Positions 1-14,614 of a DNA stretch of 64,000 nucleotides are shown here, in pieces (position 1 is the first letter of the stretch; each line of letters begins with the position of its first letter). Both the position numbers and the translations under genes were made by a program. Source of the DNA: Chrysomallon squamiferum (Eukaryota > Animalia > Mollusca). The notes under the pieces are model-generated. The model was given only the letters and a program-made list of their open reading frames with translations, was not told the DNA's origin and searched no databases. The DNA lies in assembly GCA_012295275.1 (NCBI GenBank), contig CM022679.1:3596001-3660000 (forward strand), read 5' to 3'.

Positions 1-836
1 CTCTCTCTCTCTCTCTCTCTCACTCTCTCTCACACACACACACACACAAACGCACACACACAAACGCACATATTTATTCCCTCACGCACTTTCTTTTCCT
101 CACTATTCTTCATTTTCTCTTCTCTTTCAGTATTCTCTCGTCTCTCTCCCTTTTATTCTTTCTGTAATGTCTGTCCACCGTTTTAATTATTCTTTTTCAT
201 TTTTATCTCTTTCACTCTCTACGTCTCCATCTGTTTGTCTTGTGACTGTCTGTCCATCTCTCCGCGCATCTGTCGGTTTATTTGCCTTTCATGATATAGA
301 CACATATAGCAAAACACAGACACAAACACACGTAATTCGGAATAAGTTGTATCTAATTTAAGAAACCAAATAGACAAATATTATCTCACCGATCAAAGCT
401 GTATATACATTTATTTACAGTCATCAGTATTACTAGTTTTAGTCTTGTTCATCTCCATAAACATTTAATATCGAAATTAAATGTTCTTATCTGACATAAA
501 AAGTAAATTGCTTTTTTCTTTCTTCATTTTTTTTTTTTTTCAAAAGAGAAAGAGACATAAAAATTAATGCTCAAAATAAAGTATTTTAAATGTCATATGA
601 AGATAATCTTTATTTTCTTAGAAATACATTTCTGTTTATTTGACGTTTACTTCTTTTCGCTGTAAATTAGTTAGGAGGGTTACTGACCTAGTTAAATGTG
701 TTCTTAGAGGAGGAGAAAGGAGACGCTGTTAGTGTCATGTGTAATTAGACATCAGCTTTATCTACAAAATTAAATAACAGTGTCAGATCAGTGCATTATC
801 CATGTGTGTTTAGTGTACTTAAAACACATTTCAACA

Positions 837-927
<91 letters not shown>

Positions 928-949
928 ACACAAACACTTTCTCTCTCAC

Positions 950-997
<48 letters not shown>

Positions 998-2942
998 AAG
1001 TAACAGTCTTGAGTATAAATATAATAAAAAGGATGACGTAATGACAACTATGATAAATCATTAATAATGACGACAACGACAACAGAAGCATAAAAAGTAA
1101 TAATAATAATGATGATGATGATGACGTTAATGATTTTGTTGGATGTTGTTCTAGTGCCAGTGATGATCACAGTGTTTGATAAGCCAGTCGTGAGACACTG
1201 GGCGGAACGGGGAACAACGTAATGGACGCACAGTGAATCACTACCTCTGTTATCTGTAGCGTCTCAGACAAATCAAATTAGCTTTATCTCAGTTATTTGT
1301 GGTTTATTTTATAAATTATATTTGCACAAAATGAGGCAAATGTCAAAGTAAACGTCAAAGCAGCCGTTTCAAGACTAAACGCGGTTTGCTTGTCTTTTCT
1401 CGTTTTAATGTGAAAAATGTCTTCATTTATTTATTTATTTGTTTATTTCTGTGTTTGCATGTTTCTTTATCTTCTTCTTGTTATTATTGTTACTGTTATT
1501 GTTGTTGTAGCTGCTGTTGTTGTTGCTGTTGTTGTTCTTGTTGTTATCTTTGTTATTGATTTGCTTTTCGTGAAGATGGTGGAATTGCTATGCAAAAAAA
1601 ACAATATTTTTAACACAACGTTTGATGAATTGTCACCATTCTGTTCTCAAACGTGAAAAGTAATTTATTTCTCGGTGTTATTCTTCTAAGAAAAACAAGG
1701 CATAATATATCTTGTGAAAAACCTAGCGAGATCAAATGGAATCGAAAAAAGTGCTAAAACAACAAAGACAACTGAAATTTAAAAATTCTTGAAGCGTTTT
1801 TGCCTGTCTGGAAAGGGAAATTCAAAAGTAAAGTAAAAAGCAACCTGACAGTTGTCAACAGACTTTAACCTTTTAACAAGAGTTATTAAATTCAGAACGA
1901 AGTCAGACTGTCTTTCATTCAACTACTAGTCCATTACCATATCAGCGTTATAAAGCTACTGAACAGAAGCAGCTAAGGTCTTCATCTAGCTGAAATGTAT
2001 GTACAGCGACTGCTGAACTTTAGATTAAAGCAAACTGAACATAAATTATCCCAGGACTCGCCTAAGTGTAATTGAAAATGTTTATCAACAGAAAAGTACG
2101 GTTATTTTTTTGGAATGCAAATCGCGGAATTGCTGCCTCTATGACAGTTAATCTAACGGAAGAAATGAAATAATATTCTGTGCATGACGATTTTTTTGGA
2201 ATGTAAATTACGATTAATATTGTTTCTATATTAAATAAAGCCAGTAAAATTCAAACTGCATGATGTTTATGATGGTTCATTGAACAAATAATTAATAATA
2301 TTTTGAAATTGTAAAAAAAAAAAAAAAAAAGAAGAGAAAGCTGAAGTATAAATCAAACAATCACTTATATTAAGAAAAAAATGAAAATAAATAAATAAAT
2401 AAAATAAAATGAATGATTTTGAATTAGTGTGTCTAAGTAAAATTATCACACGTTTACTAGTGAAGATTTATCTCTTCTGGAAAATGTAGAGCTAAAATGA
2501 TAATAATTATGATGATGATGATGATGATGATAATAATATGTATAAACAAAAAATAAGAGAACCAGTGAAAGAAAGAAAGAAGTAAAATAAAAATTAATAA
2601 AAAGGAATCAAACACACACAACACACACACACACATCCACGCACACACACATATATATGTATAAAGAAAATTAACACAGTAAAAAAAAAAAAAAAAAAAA
2701 AAAAAGTGGAGAAAAAGTTTGAGAAAAAAAAGAAGCAACAATAAAGAAGTTGAACAAACAATAAAGTGCTTTCGCTGCTAGGTCATTTGTTTCAGTCAGT
2801 GGATTAGAAAAATCCCGGTGGCTGTATGAAAGTAACGATTTTTGTACAAACTATTTCTAAACCCCTGAAGTCCTGGTGAAGACGTTTCACTCCAATCCGA
2901 TCTCGCAGAACAGTATAAAAAAAAAAAAAAAAAAAAAATGAA

Positions 2943-3120
2943 AAAGGGGATCAAAAATCTATAAAACTGGGTTATTTAAAAATAAATAAATACTTAAATA
3001 AAATCTTTACAGAAAAAGAAAAGAAAGAAAAAAGAAAAAAAAAAAAGAAAGGGGGATCAAAAATCTATAAAACTGGATTATTTAAAAATAAATAAATAAA
3101 TAAAATCTTTACAGAAAAAA
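2943..3120 (+). repeat. Tandem duplication of ~75 bp
   Basis: GGGGGATCAAAAATCTATAAAACTGG..TTATTTAAAAATAAATAAA..AATCTTTACAGAAAA occurs twice (about 2946 and 3051). Confidence 0.85.
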
Positions 3121-3242
3121 AAAAATAGATAAGTGGCAATGAAAACATAAATGCAGTCCATTACTTTCCAGAGTAAACCAGTAATTACGAGTATTATTAT
3201 TATTGTTGTTGTTGTTGCTGTTGCTGTTGCTTTTATTATTAT

Positions 3243-3567
3243 TGTTGATCCTAGATTTCACTGACCTCTGAACTTACTGACATTTCACTTGAACATGTAC
3301 CTGTTGTTACTGTTGAGTTCTTCTGACTCGTTCTACACGATCACAGCAACCCTCTCTCAACCCACTTTACATCAAGGTGAGACTAAATTTCACAAGTGCT
3401 TCTATAACCATCCTAACCTAACACACTTCACGCAACCTAGCCTATATTTTTCTTTACATATATACTCCATGTCATTTGTTTACACTGATCCCAGATTTGT
3501 GCATTTTCCTGACCTGACCATTCCCCCCCCCCCCCACGTATTAATCCGTAAAATTGAGGGTCAGCAG
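3243..3567. mobile_element. Non-autonomous TIR element (MITE-like), copy A
   Basis: Shares blocks with 56737-57198: TGTTGATCC at the left end, CCACTTT, CCATCCTAACCTAAC..ACTTCAC..AGCCTA, and ATTAATCCGT..GGGTCAGCAGTA at the right end. Confidence 0.65.
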
Positions 3568-5624
3568 TATTAGTATTAGTATTATGTTAAGTAATTTATT
3601 ATTATAATATCTTTATCTATTTAATTTAGATGATGTTAATAATAATAAATTTAAAAAAAATATATAAAAAACAATGATGGTATAAATAAAGAACTGTTTT
3701 GACTGTTCCGAGGAAACTTTTACTCGAATCATGTACTAGGAAAATTGTACTAGAATCATATAAATTGATCAGAATCTCTAACAGCATATAGTAAGAAAGT
3801 ACTGAAGAACGAAAGAAAACGAACAAAAAAAAAAAAAAAAAAAATAGAAAGAAAGGAAAGAAGAAAAACGGGAGTCAAAAAAATGATAAAGAAAAAGTAA
3901 TGAGATAACGAACGAAAATATGGAGATGAAATAACAAAGACAAAAGAAAGTGGGAAAAAGAATGAACATGGGATTATGAAAGATGAATACAAAAGACAGA
4001 AATGAAAAGTTCTTGAGTAGACTGTTGTACAAGCGGCTGGAAATCGTTTTAATTTTTCCAATATTTTCAGTCACGTGCGACTGCAAAATGAGTTATCTAA
4101 GCTGCAGGAATTGATTGCTTATGGGAATTATTCTTCGTTAATACTCGGTCTGACTCGGTCCGGCTAAATGGAAATGTTTTATACCAGGCGTAGTCAAATA
4201 CATCTGGGATCTAACGCGAAAGAAGTGTAAGTAAATACAATTTAACTATAAATTACTAAATAAATCATTTTAAATTTAAATTGATTTTAAAAAGATGGTT
4301 CAAAAGAGACGAATATTAAACAAATGGAAACAGAAAAGGAGAATGAGATAAAGGCAGTCGTGGAAAAAGAGATACAGAATGAAACAATGCCGAAGTAAAT
4401 TAATTACATACAGAGAGAAGGGAGAGAAATGATGATTCGATGAAAGAACGAGTAAATAAATGAAGAAATGATAAAGAGAGGAAGGTTAACTGGTAAAAGA
4501 AGTGGATGCTTATTAAATAAATAAATGGTGAAAGAAAGAAAAAAACGAAGGTGAAAGAATGATGCTTTAACGAAAAACAAAGGAAAATAACAAAACGTTT
4601 TATATAAACTAAACGAAAGGATGAAAGAATGAGTACGAATGAATGAATAGAAGAAAGAAAATAGGAAAGTTTTAAGAAAACTGTACCAGAAGAGATTCGT
4701 CATTATAGAGTAGTGGAAACAAAATCATTGTGAAACTGATTAGTGGAAAAAACAAATAAATAAAAATATATAAATAAATAAGTAACAGTCTCCCTACAAT
4801 TATTCATACTTAAAAATATATAAAATCAGTTTATACATCGATTCATTTGAATTTTTTTTTTGTTGTTGTTTTTTGTTTTTTCATTACAGTAAATTCTTCT
4901 AGATGGTAAAACAAAAAAAGAAAAGGAAAAATACATGATAGAAGAAAAAACCAAAGATCAAATTACATGTAGCCAAAGCGACACTGTTGTAAAATAATTA
5001 AATAAATTTTCAGTAGACATTATACAAATTATGATGATCGATTACAATGTAAAAAAAGCAAGTCAGATTTGTCATTCAAAACACATTCCTTTCAATTTCA
5101 AGCATTCTGCATTCATCCATCAATAAGAAAACACGTTCACATAATTCAACGGCGATGAATGGTTTGCATCAATATCAAAACTGAAAAATTATTTTCAGTA
5201 TGATCTCTTCTACAACACGTTTGACTCACTCATTTACAGCATATTTATTAACAGCATATTTTGTTTTTCCTATAAACATAGCGTTATGTTTTTTCCTTTC
5301 CTAATTCTTCATAAATACTGTAGCTATATATTTTCTTTATATTTGCCATCGATGGGATTCATAACCATACATCTCCCTTTGTACTCTGTCACTGCCAGTT
5401 ATCAGTGAAACATTTGTACATGCAGCTCTGCCAAAAACCACTGTAATACAAATCTTTTGTTTCTGATTGATCAGCTCTACATGAAGTGACGCCAGCAATA
5501 TTTCTCTTTCGCATTTATGTTGTTTTGATAAATGTTAAATCACAAACACGTACGTTTTGTTCAAAAATGTCTATAAACAGTATTTTGTACACACGAACAG
5601 AAACACATGTATATGTGTGTGTGC

Positions 5625-5695
<71 letters not shown>

Positions 5696-6544
5696 TGTAT
5701 GTATGTATGTATGTATGTATGTATGTATGTACGTATGTATGTATCTGTACACATACAGAGATTCACAAACACACAATTATATACACAACCAAGAATGTTT
5801 ATATTTTCAAATAGGTTTCCTAAGAGCAGCTACTGTGTGTATAAGCAAAATATTTAGAAAGACGAAAGCTTCAACGACATGGTGTTTACAAACGTTTTTT
5901 TTCTCTTTAATACTCAAAAGATTCGAAATGCCACAAACTTCTTTCATAAACGCAACATAAACGCCAAGAAAACAAACTCGTTTAGCGATTAACGTTCTCC
6001 TTAACCAACATCTGTTTTACTAGCAGGCCTCCTGGGTTCATATTTGCAGCTACATAACTCAGCAGTTTTCAAAAGTATGATGACAAGCAAAACGCTTAAA
6101 TTCAAATACCAGGTTTTTTTTGTCATTAACAACAAGCACTGCTGGTGATAAAATATGATTTCGTTTTTTTAAATTTACTTATTTTTTTAAATATATTTAA
6201 TTTTATTTATTCATTCATTCATTCATTCATTTATAATTGCCCACACAGTTTGACAATAGTTTTTCTTTGCTGACTAGATATATATTTTTTTATATTTCAC
6301 TATTAGAAAATAGTTTTCTGAAGACGAAATAATACAATTTTTATTTATAAATTATTATTATGTAGCAATAACAGTAAAACCAACACTAATAATAATAATA
6401 GTAATAAAAATAAAAATAACAGTATCAGTAACTGAAAATAATTATAAATGTAAAGATATTTTAAAAATACACACAGAGTAATAACTGCAGCATATTTGTG
6501 TGTGCGTGTATGTATGTGTGTGTGTGTGTGAGAGATAGAGAGAG

Positions 6545-6598
<54 letters not shown>

Positions 6599-7018
6599 GA
6601 GAAATAAGGAAGCAATGAAACAAACAAGAATCGACAAATACAAAACAACCATAATAAATATCACTAACATTAAATTAAACCTTTTAAGAAAAATACAAAT
6701 AACAATATATATACATATATACACAAACACACACACTAACATTAAAACTAGTAAAATAATATTAATTCAATAGCTACCTTTCACGAATACCAATAATTCC
6801 AGTCTGAAAACAAATGATTACAAAACTGTATAATTTCCCCCACACACACTTGTACTAAATGTTCCTCGTGTTCCACTGTGTGTAAGACAAGTAATATCTG
6901 CACAAACAATCCTTCCACAGAAGCACGAGCCACAGAAGTGTGTAATATCTGCCAGATTCTGTCCCAAACACGTCCGACAGCGAATCAAAGATCAGACTCG
7001 TACAGAGAGAGCCGTTGC

Positions 7019-7750
7019 GCAGACAGGCTGATTGGGAAACAAGACCCACGTGGTCTTTTGATGAGAGCCAGAATAAAAGTGCTACAGGGAACTAATTTAC
7101 TTTTATTAAATTAGTTTTTTCATGGTTTTTGGTTGTTTTTTTCATATTCCATTTTTCATTTTTTTTTTTTTTTTTTTTTTTTTATATATATATACACTAG
7201 AGTGTTTTCTTAAGAACTTTGCAGTAAGCAGATATTATAAATTAATATTTACTTCAAACGAAAAACAGATCTTTATATATATAAACACACACAGTTTTAG
7301 ATCAGCCATTACAATTTCTTGATTTTAATAAACAGCTTCATACAACATTAAATACATTTAGCATGGGAAGAACATGAATGAATGAATACCAGTATAACAA
7401 TACACATTACCAAACATCTGAAAATAATATCACATATTAATTATTTTAAACCAAAAAATTATCCTTTGATGTTTGTTAATTAAATTTATCGTCTTATTCC
7501 TCTATGTGTAAATCCGCTATAAAACGAGTGATATCTCATATAATCTTTCCTCCATGACCAGAAAAATGTATAAAGTCGCCTTGATTTTTTTTTTATAAAC
7601 CACATCAAGTAGAGAACGAAATGTACTGGGAGTTAGCAAAGAGTCGAATGCAGACACGCTGATTCCCAAAACTGAAAACAAAATCCAAGTGTTTTTTTTT
7701 TTTGATGAGGGCCGAAATAAAAGTGCTATGGGCAATTAATTTACTTTATT
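7019..7750 (+). repeat. Diverged local duplication (~90-100 bp units at 7019-7107 and 7650-7750)
   Basis: GCAGACAGGCTGATT..TTTTGATGAGAGCCAGAATAAAAGTGCTA..CTAATTTACTTTTATT versus GCAGACACGCTGATT..TTTGATGAGGGCCGAAATAAAAGTGCTA..TTAATTTACTTTATT. Confidence 0.7.
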
Positions 7751-8920
7751 TATTGCTGGTTTGACGATCGTTTTATTTGCGTATTTTCTGTGTATTTACG
7801 TGCTCGTTCCGTCTTTACGACTTAACTGAAGAGGTCCGCATGACCAGCAATGTACTAAAAGTACGTAGAATTACTGTTCTTTGCGTGGTGAAGTCAATAA
7901 TAACAACAAAAACAGGAGCTGCAGTGATGATGATAATGATGATGGTGATGACGGTGATGATGGTAATGATAATGATGATAATAATAACAGTGATGATTAT
8001 AACGATAGTGATGATAATGATTTTCCGATCGAATCGATTATTCGAAAACGTTCGAATCGATTCGAATCGAATTTCGAATTTCGAATACCGTGCAGAATGA
8101 TTAGGTGTATCAGATACAGTTCATTTGGGAATATTCAGCTCAGTAAAGTAAATTAGAAAGATGAAATAAACATCCACTGCATTGGACGTACCTATGCATG
8201 ATTAAACAAGGTTGAAATTAGAAAACTAAAAAGTAAGTAATAATAATAGTATTTTTGGTTCATAGGTTATTTATATGAATTTCATTTTAAATCGTGGGTT
8301 AGTGTTTTGGTCTGTTTGTTTGTTTGTTTGTTATATTTTGTTAATTTTTTTATTAATGTAAACGGATGACAAGAGAGTTTTTCTCGACAATTTCGAACCT
8401 TCACAAGGACTTCAGTAAATACTAATACTGAAGCAGAAGTTTATAATAAATAGCAATTGGCAGTTCACGACTTTCCAGCACCTATAGATCTATTTATCAT
8501 TCATCACAACATTCATTAGCATTCTGTGTCTGCACACAGTTTTTGACAGACGAGGTTGGAACTTGATCCAGTGTTGGTTGATGAGTACAGACATGCCTTA
8601 GTTCGAGTTTAATATTTCTGTCTTGGCAAATAAACATTTATTTAATTTTCACTTGTTTTCTTGCAAATGTTTCTCTTTTTTTTCTTTTGTTTTTTGTTTT
8701 TTTTTATCTGGCTTAATTCTAGAACTGTAGGATATTTTTGTATTTGTGCTATAATTTTTGGGGATAAATCCATCATAATTAGCTCTTTGGGAGTGTTTGA
8801 TGATTATTTTTTCAAACCATGAACATGTGTTTTATATATTATATTGTTCAGTCTAAAACATTACAAGTGTTTTTATGATTACTGAAGAATTGTGCACACA
8901 AAGGCACGTAAACAGACAAG

Positions 8921-8952
<32 letters not shown>

Positions 8953-10782
8953 ACACACACACACACACACACACTTTCTGCGTTTATATCTCAAAATAAT
9001 TATATCTGCGCTTCATAAAGCTTTTGTTTTAAAGGCTAAAATCACTTTTTCAGGTTCTCTTAGATGGAATTCTTTCATTCTACACAACAATTTGTTTTGT
9101 CTTTATTCCATTTTCATTCCACGTAGATCTGGTATGCGCATTCATTATTTTCTTTTCTTTATACTTTTTTTTCTCTCTCTCTCGAGAAAGAAAACAAAAG
9201 TAACCATTAATTGCGGACTGAAAAAAGATAAGAAGTGGCAATAAATAACAGTAATCCTTGTATAAATAAAACACTAGTTTTCTGTTTGGTTAAACACAAG
9301 AGATTAGAAAACATTTTTCGTTATTTATCAGCCTGTAAATTATCGTTTATATTTACCAGAAAATAAAAGCTGGATTTTAAAATATTTTTTTTTATATTTA
9401 CTTATACTTTAAATTCTATGTTGCAATGGCGTTTACAGTAATCCACTTTTTAACTTTTTGTATATAGATAACACAGAATGATGCCGGTATCTTTACAACG
9501 AAGATAACTAGTGCCGTCAAGGTATTACTGATAGTACTTCTACTGCTACTGCTGCTATTACTACTACTACTGCTACTATTAGTAGTACTAATACTACGAG
9601 TAACAGAAGACGTAACTATGTTACGTCATAAAAGGCAGGTGCCTAAGTGTGTCGCATTAACATTCAGTAGTGCACTCAGACAGTTTCGTATTTCATTTAT
9701 CTTGAAATAACGGTAATCGTTAACGCTTGTGGAAATCAGAAATAGAATAAAATATTTAAAGTTTCCTATTAAAATTATTCACGAGTCATTTAATAATAAT
9801 GATGATGATGATGATGGTGATTAATCAGTTACATGGAGAAAATTATCAGAACTGAGGATTTTATGGAATAAGATAAACCACATTCTACAGATCAGTGATA
9901 TGTGATGCCGTATCAAAGTCAGAAATTTTAGATGAATCTTGGCAAAATAAGTGCATAGTTTTAGAATAATTTCGTTAATTAAGATTTTGACAGGTCACAC
10001 AAAACACAAAGAACATGTTTTGTTGACTGATTTCAGCAAAAAACTTGTACAGACATGAAAGTCGAGATGTTTTCAAAACTATTAATGTGAAAAAAAAACA
10101 CCCAACAAATCATCATCTGTCAAAATTACATTGCGCGACATCCGACTGGTTATCCTATGCAGCCATAATAAAATTTTGAAATATATTTTTGTCTCCAGTA
10201 CATAATGCAACAGACATCCATTGCTTCTGATTATTATCATTACGAGCAAATGCAGAGAATTATTTTTTCTCAGAAATCTTCACAAACAAGATGAAACTTG
10301 ATTTCTAATAACCTTAACAAGCAATTAAGTAATGTTTATTCAACCAGTCGTTCAGTTTTGACTGAGATTCAGTATATAGAGAAAAGCTTTAACATCTGCG
10401 GGTTTTTACGGCTGCTAAACCTATACAGGCCAAGTGTTATTTACAAATAAGAAGAATGTGTTTATTGCTAATCGGACGCAAGCGGAGTTCTGGGGTTAAA
10501 AACTGTACTTGACAGAGTTTATCTGCGGGGTTCTGACAGCGGTCAATTGCTTCCACGGTCCATTTTCCCAATTAGCAAATCAGTAGCATCCAACAACCCT
10601 GAACCTTCGAATTTGATTGTACATGACAGAAACAAGTACAAGAACGAAGATATAATTCTTTAAAGATGCTGTAGAGGAAAAATATGTTTAATATTTTTGA
10701 ATGTGTCTAGTAGCCATAATGATTTTCTTGAACGTTCTGTTATGTCAGGTTAACAGAATTTGCATTATTTGTAAAATTGTAC

Positions 10783-10846
<64 letters not shown>

Positions 10847-11924
10847 GTTTTATTCCTAGCTATCTCTCTCTCTCTCCCAGTATGTTTTTCCTTCTGGCAA
10901 GTCTTATTTTACTACTAATATCAGGATATAATGGGAGAGTTTGAATACTATTAAGCAATAACAGAAGTCACAGTATCCGTTTTCGTTCGTTCGTTTTTCG
11001 TTTAATAATATCAAGAGAGAGTTTATTTTAGAATGTATGCATGTATGTTATGTATGTATGCATCGGTGCATGGGTATGAGTCTGTGTATAATTTTTGTGT
11101 AATGTAAGATATATTAATGAAGTAACTGTTAAAATAATAATAATCGTAATATATGTACTGGTTATAAGAAAGATGTTGAACTAAACGATCTCCATATAAA
11201 AATCCGATAGCTGCGTCGTGTCTATATGTTGTCTGGCCATTCGTCTGAATCAATATTTACATCAAAATGAGAGCGAACAGTTTGTGACAGGAATTTATCT
11301 TTAATTTCAGCTGCAGCACCTTGACTTGTCAACATACTTGAACCTCTCTGAACATGTCTGTCTGGTCGACAATACGAAACACGGTGATTTCACTGAGTTA
11401 TCTGAGTTTCATCAATTCTTGCTACATTTCTTTCATTTCTACTCATGATAATAGAAATATAATTTCTATGTTTTTTTTTTTTTTTTTTTTAAACTTCAAA
11501 AACATACAAAAAAGAACCCAGAAACCTTTTAGTATGTAACACAATACTCGCTTCTGTGATATCACAGTTTATTAGATACTCTGTCTACTTCACGTAAAGA
11601 CGACATTTTAGTGTTGTTGTTTTTTTCTCCATTCGATAGTGTGAAAATTTCATTATCGAAGCAAACTTTAAGAAAGAAAAAAAAGAAGGAAAACAACACC
11701 CACGAAATTACAAGGATATGATAAAGTCAAGGAAAAAAATTAAGACAAAGAAGAAAGAAAAAAAAAACAAAGAAGTTAGATAAGAGAACACAACAAGAAC
11801 AATATAAAACAGAAGATAATTAATAACATGTCTGTCTCTTATTGATTTCCTCACGAAGACACACATACGTAAAACTAGAAACAGTAGATGGACGAAAGCA
11901 AAGTAAAAGGAGGAAGAAAAACAT

Positions 11925-12041
<117 letters not shown>

Positions 12042-12662
12042 AGACTAAGCGAGAAAAAAGTAAAGGAAATCAATGATAAAATTGGGGAAAAAAATGAGAG
12101 GGAAAATGAAGAAAAAGGAATCCAGACTATGTCTGATACAGTTACCGTGCACGCATTTTTTTGAACAACACTCAAATCTTTGTCTTAACAGACATTCGAT
12201 TACTGTCAAACATAATGCTCTCTTGCGAGAAACGTCATCGAATAAGTCCATTTATAATAATTCGTTCTGACAAGCCTCATTTCAGCGTTAAATTGTGAAC
12301 CCCCAGTTACAGTAAAATTAATTTGTTGACAGATATGGCGTGTGCAGACATTAGGGCTATATATTGCTTACATCAGAGCAACTTAATGGTTCAAGTCAGC
12401 AAGGGTTGATGTCCTATTTTGTCCCAGTCCAAAATTACACTTTGTTATCAGTTTGAGTCATTTGTCTTTCTCTTTACCTCTGTTTCTTAGTCTTAAACAG
12501 ACATTCTAAAATGTGCCTAAAAGAGAAAAAGACATTAAAATAATCTTTAAAATTTGTGGTGCGTATTCTTCTAAAAGTGAAAAAGCTATTAAAAAACAAA
12601 TAAATAAATAAAAGAAAAGCACAAGGCTACGAACTTCAGTAACGAGGTGATAGAAGGTGAAT

Positions 12663-12748
<86 letters not shown>

Positions 12749-12751
<3 letters not shown>

Positions 12752-12812
12752 CAGAAAAACAGAGTGCAAATTAGATAAAAGGTCAGAAAAACATAGTGCA
12801 AGTTAGATAAAA
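12749..12812 (+). repeat. 32-bp tandem duplication next to a (GA)n tract
   Basis: GGTCAGAAAAACA(G/T)AGTGCAA(A/G)TTAGATAAAA x2. Confidence 0.8.
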
Positions 12813-14580
12813 TGACAGAATGAAAAAGGTGAAGAAAAATACGGACAGACACTGAGACTGACAAGAACGGAGAGTGACTGCTAACAGGTTTAACATTGAT
12901 TCAGTACAATCTGGACAATATCAGAAATATTTCCAAATGTAACAATCCGATCAGAGCACTGACTTCCTCTAGCAGCACAGTTTATCTGAAATGCTACTCC
13001 ATCACACAAATGCCACGATTTGCATATGACAAAAGCTGATAAAAAGCCAATTTTTTATCACATTTTTCTTGCATGTAGCGTGTTTACCATCATCGTATCT
13101 ATGTTTTGATCATTACAGTAATGTATTCAGAAATAAAAAGAAAAAAAAAAGAGAAAAAAAAATACGTTCAGAGAATCTTAGGGGGTTGTGAAAACAAAAC
13201 CAACTGTCTAATTTGTGTTTAATGTTTATTTGGCTACAAAAGAAAGCAAAACAAAACAGAAAACCAAAAACAACTTAATGCAAATGCTTAAGGTATTCTT
13301 CCACATCTTTATCTTGATTCACAGTGTTGTGCTTTCTCTCTAACTGTTTTTTATCTATCTTTGAGTACACTTGTCTTTGCGTTAGTGCGAGTGAGAGTGC
13401 AATTTTCTCCTTTTTTTTTTTTTTTTTTTTTTTTTTATGGAGTGGGTTATTTTTATTTATTTATTTATTATTATTTTACGTTATTAATCACATTTATACT
13501 ATCCGTTTGATAAGCTTCTTTATTTCTTTGCCAGAAATAAAAATTGATGTATCTACATTATCAGAAAATAGAATATATTGATATGAATATCTGAAAGGAA
13601 CTAAAAATAAGAAAATATGTTCCTATATGCGAGGATGTTCATTCGGGAAATTGGGAAAAACTATCTGCAATTTGTGGATTAACCACTGGGGAAATCGGAA
13701 TTCGCACAACGAAATTTGTCAATAATTGTTCCAGACGAGGAATAATTGGCCTCTGAAATCGTTCGACTGATGGAAAACTTTCCTAACATAACAACACAGA
13801 GACAAGTTAAAAGTTCATTATTTAAGATTTAAATCAGCTGAAACATGTAAACAGTGCTTTATTTGTGGTAATAATAATTGTTATTTGTGTTTGTTTTTTC
13901 CTAAATCAGCATCAAACAATCTACATACATGCATGCATGCATACATACATACATACATATATAATAAATAAATAAATAAAAATGTAGAATCCAGTTCAGA
14001 ATCTGCAACTGTTTTTTTTTTCTAGGACTAAGTACCGACTCGGTAGAGCATTACACACTCAGAGCTCTTTTATTAATTTCTCAAACAAATTCTACCATTT
14101 ACAGCGTTCTCTGCAATAGCTCCTGTATTGTTAACCAAACATAAATAGTCAGGAATCTTTAATGTTCGTAAGTATATTATGAATCACAAACTAATTATAG
14201 ATAATAAAGTAAAATGAATCCTAGATTGTACAGATGAATTAACTACATATTTTTTATAAAATATTAAACTGTAAAATTAACAAAATTTATTATTAAAAAT
14301 ACATTAAAAAACCATAAAATGAAGAAAATATATTTTTAAAACGGAATTGATAGATGGAATTCAGTTCAATACATTCGTACACATATATTCACAATTACTA
14401 ACACATGTTTTTTCTTTACACATTTATTCTAGGTATGGAAAATAGGATAACAATTTTTCAATTAATAATCTTCTTTTTGTTATAATTCTAAAGATAGATA
14501 TATCTTATTTAGAAAAAAATAAAATACAATAAGATAAACCATTCACTAACAACAACAACAGTAATAATAATAAGAAGAAA

Positions 14581-14614
<34 letters not shown>

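Noticed and set aside
791-1091. ORFs of SLSLSL/ERERER type here and at 11708-12175, 33967-34799, 37553-38433 and 56184-56510, plus YVCM, poly-V, poly-L, poly-T and poly-Y ORFs
   Set aside because: Translations of di-, tri- and tetranucleotide microsatellites, with no domain content or splice support.
4071-4226. Exon-like segment between ttttcag and gtaagt
   Set aside because: All three frames contain stops. It could be a non-coding exon, but nothing else supports it.
7881-8156. Asp/Asn-rich ORF suggestive of an acidic biomineral protein
   Set aside because: Derived from (GAT/AAT)n trinucleotide repeats; no signal peptide or exon structure.
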